From positions 1 through 42,032 of the IMG/VR virus record IMGVR_UViG_3300038318_000193: a DNA stretch of 42,032 bases; one strand, given 5' to 3'. Below, piece after piece: positions 1-7,993 of this stretch. Source of the stretch: a virus (lineage: Duplodnaviria > Caudoviricetes). The translations under genes and the position numbers were made by a program. Under the pieces are notes generated by a model that searched no databases, had not been told where the DNA came from, and saw only the letters and a list, made by a program, of their open reading frames with translations. The first letter of the stretch is position 1. The number at the start of each line of letters is the position of its first letter.

Positions 1-891
1 GCAACAGGAATAAAGATATCTTCAAGTTATTCTAATGCTACATCTGCTCTTCAAGTTAATAGTAATGATACCGTAGAAACGGCTTTTGGAAAGATTCAGT
101 ATAGAGTTAATAATCATGATAGTGGAGATAATATAAAGGCTTCTAATGATGCTTTTCCTTCTTTATCTGCTGTTCCAACAGCTATAACAAAAGATGATTC
201 TGTTACAATAGCTTTATCTAAATTATCATATTTAGTTAATCATGTCAATACTGATCAATTAGTTGATGGTTCTGTAACATATGCTAAATTAACTAAAATA
301 GGAATAATTCCTACTGATATTTTTAGACTTGATTTAACGACTTCTTTTGATTTTACAGGGTGCTCGCTAGGAGGAGTTGTTATTAAAGGAACGGATAATG
401 ATTTTATTGTTAATGATCTTACCTATCCATATAATCCATATAGATTAGGTACTTATTATAATAGTGGTTTCCCGCCAATACTATCATTTTTGCCTCAACA
501 AGTAGTTATACCAAATTCAACGAATTATTATTCTAATGCAGCTAGTTTAGTTCACTATGAAGCAGATAATATAACAGTTCAATTTGTATTTGTATTATTA
601 AAATCTGTATATGATACATTATATAATGATTCATATAGATATTTTAAATGCATTATACAAGCAGATGTATATAATCATAAAACAGATGAATATACTGTAT
701 ATATATCAATGAATTATGTAAATATTGTTAATATGAATATAATGAAGGAGTCACTTATAAAAGGAGGTCAGCAACATATTGTAGTGAAAATGTCTATAAC
801 TCCTGTAGCAACGGCGCCATCACCTGATCCTAATACAGTGACAGATACTATTAATGGTGTTTTAGTAAATGCTCCAATAGTAAATAGATAA
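1..891 (+). CDS. 5'-truncated virion/tail-fiber-like protein (open from base 1; the track's 490 start is internal)
   Basis: Frame 1 has no stop from 1 to TAA at 889-891. It contains two fiber-type repeats (DTVETAFGKIQ, DSVTIALSKL) and a TDQLVDGSVTYAKL motif. Confidence 0.6.
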   Translation, partial: ATGIKISSSYSNATSALQVNSNDTVETAFGKIQYRVNNHDSGDNIKASNDAFPSLSAVPTAITKDDSVTIALSKLSYLVNHVNTDQLVDGSVTYAKLTKIGIIPTDIFRLDLTTSFDFTGCSLGGVVIKGTDNDFIVNDLTYPYNPYRLGTYYNSGFPPILSFLPQQVVIPNSTNYYSNAASLVHYEADNITVQFVFVLLKSVYDTLYNDSYRYFKCIIQADVYNHKTDEYTVYISMNYVNIVNMNIMKESLIKGGQQHIVVKMSITPVATAPSPDPNTVTDTINGVLVNAPIVNR

Positions 892-911
892 TTATTTAAA
901 TAAATATATAA

Positions 912-2069
912 ATGAAAGATAAACATTTTATTCCATCGCCATATAAGGTGGTTACAGATTATGAAAATGAATTTATAGATGAATGGAATAAAAATTTATC
1001 CCTAGCAGTTGATAATGTTTTAAAATATATTGCAAAAGAAACTGCTAATGCTATTAAGAAAGTTAATAACATAGATAAGTCTTTAGACATAGATATAGAA
1101 AAGGCTCATAACATAGGAGACGAAAAAGTATATCAAGGAATAACCTATTATGTTTCTGGCTTTAATTCTAAACATATACCTTTGTGGAGAAAGAAAGATA
1201 AGAAGAAAAAGAAGATTGGAAGTAATAATGATATAGATAAGATAATGTCTTCTCCTGAAATTGAAAAATTAAATACATTAAAGTATACGGCGGGATTCTC
1301 AGTATGGGCATATGATAATAAAATTACCGATTCTCCTTATGCAGATAATGTACTTGTTGATGTAAAATCATTAAGGCTAATTTATGGCGCCTTGTATTAT
1401 ATAAAGAAAAAATATAATTTTCAACCTATTAAGATAAGAATATTGCCTTTAGATGATAAGAAAACTATGTGTGCTAATGGTAGTATTATTGAGATAAACA
1501 GTAAGTTTTTTTGTCCCTTTGATTCTACTAAATATTGGAATGATACCCATGTTAAATATAAAGAAAGACAAAGAGATGCAATAATAGAAGCTAATGAAGA
1601 AATAAAGAAGATAGTTAAAGAATTTTCGCTAGAAAATCCTGGGAAAGAATTACCAGATTATCAAAAAAATTATGATAATTTGTGTATATATAATTTAGTA
1701 AAAAGATATAAAGAATTTCCATGTTGGACTTATCACAGTAAAGATTCAGTAGCAGCAGATTTAGTTATTCATGAATTAGGTCATGTTTTAAATGGACAAT
1801 GTACAGGAGCAATAGGATATGGCGTTATAAACAGAAAAGAAAGAACGGATGAATATAATAAAATGGCGGATTCTTTAAATGAAGAAAGAGATAAGATATT
1901 CAAACGTTATTGTGAAGGAGGAAAAATAATATCTGAATATTCTACTTATAATCCTGACGAGTTTTTTGCAGAATGCTTTGTTGCGTATATTCATAAAGAT
2001 AAGAAACTTCCTGATTATATTAGTAAGTATTATGACAAATATTTTAGTAAAACAAAACCATTAAGATGA
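912..2069 (+). CDS. Putative head-packaged protein with a zincin-like metallopeptidase domain
   Basis: VIHELGHVL (HExxH) plus SEYSTYNPDEFFAECF, typical of MuF/polyvalent-protein zincins. Carries the shared tag IEKA-HNIGDEKVYQGITYYVSGFNSKHIPLWRKK. Confidence 0.7.
   Translation: MKDKHFIPSPYKVVTDYENEFIDEWNKNLSLAVDNVLKYIAKETANAIKKVNNIDKSLDIDIEKAHNIGDEKVYQGITYYVSGFNSKHIPLWRKKDKKKKKIGSNNDIDKIMSSPEIEKLNTLKYTAGFSVWAYDNKITDSPYADNVLVDVKSLRLIYGALYYIKKKYNFQPIKIRILPLDDKKTMCANGSIIEINSKFFCPFDSTKYWNDTHVKYKERQRDAIIEANEEIKKIVKEFSLENPGKELPDYQKNYDNLCIYNLVKRYKEFPCWTYHSKDSVAADLVIHELGHVLNGQCTGAIGYGVINRKERTDEYNKMADSLNEERDKIFKRYCEGGKIISEYSTYNPDEFFAECFVAYIHKDKKLPDYISKYYDKYFSKTKPLR
1099..1189 (+). repeat. Copy 1 of a 91-bp coding repeat (KAHNIGDEKVYQG...PLWR)
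   Basis: Matches 3422-3512 at 90/91 nt (a single synonymous ggc/ggt change). Confidence 0.95.
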
Positions 2070-2260
2070 AAAAGAAAATAGATACTTTACCAAAATTAAA
2101 TAGTAATTGCGAGATATGTCAATGGTATACGGGAAATAAAAAATGTTTTGCTTTTTCAAGAGGAATACCATATTCTGTTTGGAAGGGTATTCATGATAAA
2201 CCTGTAAAAGGTCAATTAAATAAAGATATTCTATATAGTCCAAAGGGTAACATATTATGA
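2066..2260 (+). CDS. Small Cys/His protein, possible partner of the upstream metallopeptidase
   Basis: CxxC...CxAF.RGIP...H motif. ATGA overlap with the upstream gene. Confidence 0.6.
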   Translation: MKKKIDTLPKLNSNCEICQWYTGNKKCFAFSRGIPYSVWKGIHDKPVKGQLNKDILYSPKGNIL

Positions 2261-3192
2261 TTTTTAATTTTAAACAAATACATGAGATAATAGATATATT
2301 GAAGAATAGTTCAATAGTTTTCATTGCTAAGCAATTAGGATTAAACTATTTAACTAAATCTGAAATAGATATATTGAAGTTATCAGGTGTAGATGTATCT
2401 AAATTAGAGAATAACAGGAGTATAATAGATTATGCCTTTATGTTCGGTATATTAGCCGACGCTCTAGGAGATAAGCGTGCTAAATCAATGGATTTTAAAG
2501 AATTTAAAAATTTTCTAAAGAATGGACAATATGTTCCCTTAACAGATGAAGAAGAGTTAGCACTAGATCAGGTAAAAAATAGAGCCTATACAGATATATC
2601 AGGGTTAGGGAACCGAATAGCTGCGGGAACTACTAATATTATAATTAAGGCAAATCAAGAGCAACAAAATAGAATAAGAGAGGTTGTTAAAAATAAATCA
2701 ATAAAGGCGGTTGAACTAAGACAATCTTCAACTAAATTAGCAAGTGAGATAGGACATGCAACAGAAGATTGGGAAAGAGATTGGTTAAGAATATCTTATT
2801 ATGTTCTTCATGAAGCATATAATTATGGAAGAGCAGAATCTATATTAAAAAAATATGGAGAAGATGCCGAAGTTTATTTTGATGTTTATCCAGGTGCTTG
2901 TCAAGTTTGTAAAAATTTATATTTGAAGAATCCTGACGACGACAATTCGGAACCAAAGATTTTCAAGTTGAAAGATATATTAAAAAACGGTAATAATATA
3001 GGAAGAAAGGTTTCTGATTATAAACCGACAATATCTCCAGTTCATCCATATTGTAGATGCACAGTGAATTTACTTCCTAAGAATTTTGATTGGGATCCAG
3101 ATACTCAAGGTTTTACTATTCCTAAGAAATTTATACCAACAAACGATAAATTAAAGAATATAAAATTAAATATAAAAGTAAAGAAAGGTTAA
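2257..3192 (+). CDS. MuF / SPP1 gp7-like head morphogenesis (minor head) protein
   Basis: RI..Y..H.AY..GR helix, ACQVC and C-terminal PVHPYCRC motif. Confidence 0.85.
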   Translation: MIFNFKQIHEIIDILKNSSIVFIAKQLGLNYLTKSEIDILKLSGVDVSKLENNRSIIDYAFMFGILADALGDKRAKSMDFKEFKNFLKNGQYVPLTDEEELALDQVKNRAYTDISGLGNRIAAGTTNIIIKANQEQQNRIREVVKNKSIKAVELRQSSTKLASEIGHATEDWERDWLRISYYVLHEAYNYGRAESILKKYGEDAEVYFDVYPGACQVCKNLYLKNPDDDNSEPKIFKLKDILKNGNNIGRKVSDYKPTISPVHPYCRCTVNLLPKNFDWDPDTQGFTIPKKFIPTNDKLKNIKLNIKVKKG

Positions 3193-3228
3193 ATATTGAC
3201 GATAAACCAATAATTTATTGGGAATAAT

Positions 3229-3259
3229 TTTGTCTATTGATAAAAAGTTAGTACCTTTA
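3229..3259 (+). promoter_or_regulatory. Bacteroidota-type primary sigma promoter (-33 TTTG / -7 TAnnTTTG-like)
   Basis: TTTG (3229-3232), 19-nt spacer, TACCTTTA (3252-3259; one mismatch to consensus), upstream of ATG 3286. Confidence 0.5.
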
Positions 3260-3285
3260 CTGTAGAAATTAAATATAATTATATT

Positions 3286-4227
3286 ATGAAGAATAATATT
3301 TTAGAACACGAAAAATTAGTTACCGAAAGAATTAATAAATCTTTTGGAGTAGAATCTAATAGTATTAATAAAGCTATAGATTCAAGTTTAGAATCTAGCG
3401 ATGATTCTCTAGATGAATTAAAAAAGGCTCATAACATAGGAGACGAAAAAGTATATCAAGGAATAACCTATTATGTTTCTGGTTTTAATTCTAAACATAT
3501 ACCTTTGTGGAGGAAAAAGAAGGGACAAACATCTGGTTCTTTAAATTCTAATATTAAAAAGAAAGAAGAAGTTAAGGAAACTAAAGAGGAAAAAGATGAC
3601 ATTAAGGATAATTCTAAAGAAAACGATGAAGAGAAAAAAGATGAAAAGAAGTTCTCGGCTTTTAAAAAGGAATATGGAGCTAAAGAAAGTTCTTTAGGAG
3701 ATAAAACGGTTTTATCATTCCCTTCTTCAGAATCTTTTAATAGAGCTAGAGAAGATTTTACTAAAAATAATTATTATGGCAAAGATATTTTAACTTTTAA
3801 TTCAATGGATAATGAAATAGTTTTTAGAGAGAAAATAAAGAAGGATATAAAAAAGAAAGTGTCTGAAGTACAAAAAGAAATGGACGCTTTATGGAATAAA
3901 GAAGATAGTAAAGGATATTTAGAAGGATATAAGAAATTTGGAAATATAGACGATTTTCATTATGACGAAAATACAAAAAAGTTATATTTATATGCAACGA
4001 ATAAAGACTATAGTTCTTTTGGAACTCCTGATGAAATAACTAATATAACTAAGAAAGATTTCGATGATTATGATAAAACATCAGGATGGTGTAATATAAA
4101 TTATCGCGGAAAAAGAGAACCCTTTTGCACAAATGAACACGGAGCTATATCTATTTATAAGATGTTAAAAGAAAAAGGAGTCGATGTTGATAAAAATAAA
4201 ATTAAATTAATAACGCATTTTGATTAA
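3286..4227 (+). CDS. Putative head-packaged protein of unknown function
   Basis: Leader MKNNILEHEKLVTERINKSF, INKA and LKKA motifs, then the shared 31-aa tag, a charged linker and an unrecognised domain. Confidence 0.6.
   Translation: MKNNILEHEKLVTERINKSFGVESNSINKAIDSSLESSDDSLDELKKAHNIGDEKVYQGITYYVSGFNSKHIPLWRKKKGQTSGSLNSNIKKKEEVKETKEEKDDIKDNSKENDEEKKDEKKFSAFKKEYGAKESSLGDKTVLSFPSSESFNRAREDFTKNNYYGKDILTFNSMDNEIVFREKIKKDIKKKVSEVQKEMDALWNKEDSKGYLEGYKKFGNIDDFHYDENTKKLYLYATNKDYSSFGTPDEITNITKKDFDDYDKTSGWCNINYRGKREPFCTNEHGAISIYKMLKEKGVDVDKNKIKLITHFD
3422..3512 (+). repeat. Copy 2 of the 91-bp coding repeat
   Basis: Near-identical to 1099-1189. Confidence 0.95.
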
Positions 4228-4236
4228 ATTTTTGTT

Positions 4237-4809
4237 ATGAGAAATGACATTTTAGAACATAGAATCCTTGTAGAAAACAATATTCTAAAAGGATTCAAAA
4301 CAGATTTAATTCAAGCAAAGAAGGAAACGGATACCAATCCTTCGGAAGGTACTAAGACGGCTGGAAATTATAAAAAGGGACATATTAAATTTGGCGGTTA
4401 TGAAATGGTTATAGAAAATCCTAAAGGAAGTATCAGGAGTGGTAAGGACAGTGATGGTAATAAGTGGAGTATTAAGATGAATAATACCTATGGATATTTT
4501 CTTAAGACTTTAGGCAGAGATAAAGATCATATAGACGTTTTCATAAATGATAAAAAAGACTTAGATAAGTTTAATGGAGATATCTATATAGTAGATCAAG
4601 TTGATAAGGATGGTAATTTCGATGAACATAAGATAATGTATGGTTTTGATAATAAAGCAGATGCAAAGAAGGCTTATTTATCAAATTACAGTAAGGGATG
4701 GAAGATGGGAAAAATTAATAGTGCTAGTAAGGATGTATTTGACAGATGGATGAAGAGTAGTAAGAGGAAAATTAAACCATTTAGTAATTATATAGATAAT
4801 ATGAAATAG
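4237..4809 (+). CDS. Inorganic pyrophosphatase-like (InPase, polyvalent-protein type) protein
   Basis: GNYKKGH...IENPKGSIRSG...YGY..T.G.D.DHIDVF...VDQ...FDEHKIMYGF pattern. Confidence 0.8.
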   Translation: MRNDILEHRILVENNILKGFKTDLIQAKKETDTNPSEGTKTAGNYKKGHIKFGGYEMVIENPKGSIRSGKDSDGNKWSIKMNNTYGYFLKTLGRDKDHIDVFINDKKDLDKFNGDIYIVDQVDKDGNFDEHKIMYGFDNKADAKKAYLSNYSKGWKMGKINSASKDVFDRWMKSSKRKIKPFSNYIDNMK

Positions 4810-4838
4810 CATAGTTTTATTATAAAAATTAGTTTATT

Positions 4839-5807
4839 ATGGATTTAATGAATGGTTATATTCAGCATCCTCCATTTTTTATAGAAATAGAGCCTACTGA
4901 AGGTTGTAATTTAGGTTGTTCTTTTTGTGGTTTAAGAGGAATAAGAAAAAATGGAACAAAACCTTGGAAATTTCTTTCATTAGAGAATGCTAAGACAATA
5001 GCACAGAAAATAGCAGATGAAAATTGGACGTGTCCGATAACATTTTGTGGACACGGTGAACCAACATTAAATAAAAATCTCATAGAGATAATGAAGATTT
5101 TTAGAAATAAATTGCCTAAAAATAGATTCAATATAATAACCAATGGCGCTGGATTTAGGAATGGAAATTTTGAGATAAATGACTTTTTAGATAAAGAAGA
5201 ATCTATAGGACTTAATGATTTAATTTTCGATGTTTATAGTGATAATGGAGATTGGACGGTTATATCAGATATAAAGAAAAAGATAAATATAAAGATAATA
5301 GGACAGGACGATGAAGGTTTTACTTATCGTCAAAAAGAGCTTAGAATAGCATTATATCCTATGGATATAAGGGGAGATAAGGCAATTTTAAGATCTTTAT
5401 CTAATCATTGTGGAGCTGCTTCTCCATTAGATTATAGACGAAAAGACATTACGTGTGTTAAACCCTTTAGAGAATTTTTTATTAGATGGGATGGAAATGT
5501 TGCTTTATGCTGTGATGATTTCAGAGGACAATATTTTATTGAAAATGTCTTAAACAAAATAACTTTAAAAGAAATATGGAATCATGAGAGATTTCAAGCA
5601 GCAAGAATAATGCTTTTTAACAAAAGTCGTACAATTTCTCCTTGCCTAGGATGCAGTTGTCCTCCTATCAGAGCAGGATTAATTCCAGATCCAAGCGGAA
5701 AAGATAAGGATAAGATGCCTAAAATAACAAAAGATGTTATAAGGATATTCAAATCTGCTTATAATCCTAAAGGATTGACTACCATAGTAAAAAGAGATTG
5801 GGAATAA
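4839..5807 (+). CDS. Radical SAM enzyme with SPASM/twitch domain
   Basis: CNLGCSFC (CxxxCxxC), GHGEP, ITNG; C-terminal CVKPF...IRWDGNVALCCDD...CLGC. Confidence 0.92.
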   Translation: MDLMNGYIQHPPFFIEIEPTEGCNLGCSFCGLRGIRKNGTKPWKFLSLENAKTIAQKIADENWTCPITFCGHGEPTLNKNLIEIMKIFRNKLPKNRFNIITNGAGFRNGNFEINDFLDKEESIGLNDLIFDVYSDNGDWTVISDIKKKINIKIIGQDDEGFTYRQKELRIALYPMDIRGDKAILRSLSNHCGAASPLDYRRKDITCVKPFREFFIRWDGNVALCCDDFRGQYFIENVLNKITLKEIWNHERFQAARIMLFNKSRTISPCLGCSCPPIRAGLIPDPSGKDKDKMPKITKDVIRIFKSAYNPKGLTTIVKRDWE

Positions 5808-5832
5808 AGTTAAAATCGTAAAATTATTAGTA

Positions 5833-6513
5833 ATGTCTAAAAAAGTATTAATTATTCAACCACATTCAGATGACGCTCTTTTTGATTGTGCGCACATTTT
5901 ATTTTCTCCTGAATATGATGTTAATATATTGACTGTAGAAAATGATGAAAGAAGGATTAAGGAAGATGAAAAATTATATTCATTCCTTAATATTCCACTT
6001 CAACATTTAAATGTTGAATTTAAAGATGATAGCTATTATGGTTATAAAAAATTATATAAAGAAGTTAATATAGAGAATTCTTATAAATATCTTATAGATT
6101 ATTTTGGCAAACAAACGGTTAACGAGATAACAGAATCTTTAAGAGCTTATTTAGAAGATTATTTTAAAAAAAATAAGCTTGAAGAATATTATGTTTTAGT
6201 TCCTTGGGGTATTGGCCATCCTTTTCATCTTTTTGTTAGAGATATTGTTAGCAATTGTATTTCCAGTCTTTATTATTATAGAGATTTTACAGAGTCTTAC
6301 AAGAAGAGAGCACAATCTCAAGTCGAAAAACAATTAAAAGAGTATGAATTAATTAGTTCAACTCCTGTAGAATCATTTTGTGAAATAAAATGGAAATTGG
6401 CTTCAAAATTTTATAGAAGTCAATCAGGGTTTTTATTTTATGAACAAAATTATATAAAAAAGAATCTTCCTGAAGAAATATATCTTAAGAAAGATGATAT
6501 ATTGCCGTTTTAA
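5833..6513 (+). CDS. PIG-L/LmbE-family N-deacetylase
   Basis: IIQPHSDD metal-binding motif, R..ED, and GIGHPFH (variant of HxDH). Confidence 0.8.
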   Translation: MSKKVLIIQPHSDDALFDCAHILFSPEYDVNILTVENDERRIKEDEKLYSFLNIPLQHLNVEFKDDSYYGYKKLYKEVNIENSYKYLIDYFGKQTVNEITESLRAYLEDYFKKNKLEEYYVLVPWGIGHPFHLFVRDIVSNCISSLYYYRDFTESYKKRAQSQVEKQLKEYELISSTPVESFCEIKWKLASKFYRSQSGFLFYEQNYIKKNLPEEIYLKKDDILPF

Positions 6514-6515
6514 TT

Positions 6516-7952
6516 ATGAAAATACTATTTGCAGATTTTAAGATACAAAAATATGGCGGGATAGTAGAATATATGTCTTCTATGCTTAAAGCCTTTAAAG
6601 AGTTGGGAAATGAAGTAGATGTCGTACAAATGAATCCTTCGTCTGTTAGTCAAAAGTTTTATGATAAAAGGATTAAGGAATTAGAATCTGGAGATTATAA
6701 TAAAAGAATTAACTTTAATTCTCAATCAGGAGGTTATGAAAAAGACGAAGCTACGGGATATTGGCGCAATAATTATTATGGCTTTTTTCTTCCTCCTAGC
6801 AATCGTATAGGGGTATATGAAGATGACTCTTTAGAACATTGGAGAAATATAGCTAATAAATTCGATATAATATTATGGAATTTTATGCCTACTAAAAGTT
6901 CAATATGGACGAAGAGAGGTATTCAGTTTGATTTTTGGTGGAAATTCTTTGATTTACCAAATAATATAAAACAGGTATTCATAGTTCATGACGCTTATTT
7001 CAATGTTAGGGCAAGTAATATATCTGCATTAAAGGATAAGATACATTTTTTAGCATGTGCTCATCTTGCAGCATATCATTGTTGTAATGAAATAGGAATA
7101 CCAAGAGCCTTACTTTTGAATCCAAGATATATTTCGGATAATGCTAGGATGCCAATACGTATGATTAAAAATAGAAACCAAGATTTCTTCGCAGCTCATA
7201 TGTTTAAGACAATGAAGCATATGGAAGAATTAATAGCCGCAATTCCTTATTTGAATAAAGAATATTCAATTGAAATCGCAGGAACAGGAATGGAATATAA
7301 TTATATGACATCTTCTTCTAAGATTAAAAAAGAATATATTTGTAATAAAAAAAGAGATCCTGATTTACCTAATGATTTAGACCAAAAGATATCCTTATGG
7401 AATAGAGCGATTAATTATAATATGGAGTACGCTGGACAAATGTCTGGACACGCTGTAAGAGAAAAACTGAAGAATACAAAATTTGCTATAGACCCATCTT
7501 GGTCAAGACATTATAGTAAATATTGCAGAACGCATATAAATGGATTTATAATTGAGGCTATTTTAGAAGGTGCGTATCCTGTTTTGAGAGATTATAGAGG
7601 GTTAACTCCTGAATCGAAGGGAAATTTATATGATCCACTATTTGAGAACATTAGAGCCATTATTATACCATGGGATTCTACTCCTAGACAATTTGCAGAT
7701 AAGCTAAAAGATGCTTTTAATATGTCTTCTGCTAAATTTTTTAAAGATACAAAACATAATTTTGAAATAGTCAGGGAACTTTTTAATGCAAAAAAGAATG
7801 CTCTCGATATAATTAAATTATGTAAGTTAAATAAAAAGGATATTACTAAAGAATTAGAAGTAGGAAAGGATTCTGATAATGTAATTAGAATAACGAAGGA
7901 AATAATGGAAGGATTTTATAAAATTAATCTTCCTATTAATTGGAAAACTTAA
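6516..7952 (+). CDS. GT-B fold glycosyltransferase
   Basis: N-terminal MKILF...YGGIVEY, IEIAGTG, FAIDPS and IIEAILEGAYPV (GT4-like donor-binding region). Confidence 0.75.
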   Translation: MKILFADFKIQKYGGIVEYMSSMLKAFKELGNEVDVVQMNPSSVSQKFYDKRIKELESGDYNKRINFNSQSGGYEKDEATGYWRNNYYGFFLPPSNRIGVYEDDSLEHWRNIANKFDIILWNFMPTKSSIWTKRGIQFDFWWKFFDLPNNIKQVFIVHDAYFNVRASNISALKDKIHFLACAHLAAYHCCNEIGIPRALLLNPRYISDNARMPIRMIKNRNQDFFAAHMFKTMKHMEELIAAIPYLNKEYSIEIAGTGMEYNYMTSSSKIKKEYICNKKRDPDLPNDLDQKISLWNRAINYNMEYAGQMSGHAVREKLKNTKFAIDPSWSRHYSKYCRTHINGFIIEAILEGAYPVLRDYRGLTPESKGNLYDPLFENIRAIIIPWDSTPRQFADKLKDAFNMSSAKFFKDTKHNFEIVRELFNAKKNALDIIKLCKLNKKDITKELEVGKDSDNVIRITKEIMEGFYKINLPINWKT

Positions 7953-7955
7953 TAT

Positions 7956-7975
7956 TCAATTATTATTTATATAAT
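7956..7975 (+). promoter_or_regulatory. Conserved intergenic motif TCARTTATTATT (candidate late promoter), copy 1
   Basis: TCAATTATTATTTATATAAT upstream of ATG 7994. Confidence 0.5.
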
Positions 7976-7993
7976 AAAAATTTTTATATAAAT

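Noticed and set aside
7940-7993. Track start at TTG 7940 (and similarly TTG 14359 and TTG 490)
   Set aside because: These extensions cover a promoter-like motif or a terminator, or lie inside a longer ORF. ATG 7994, ATG 14410 and an upstream out-of-window start fit better.
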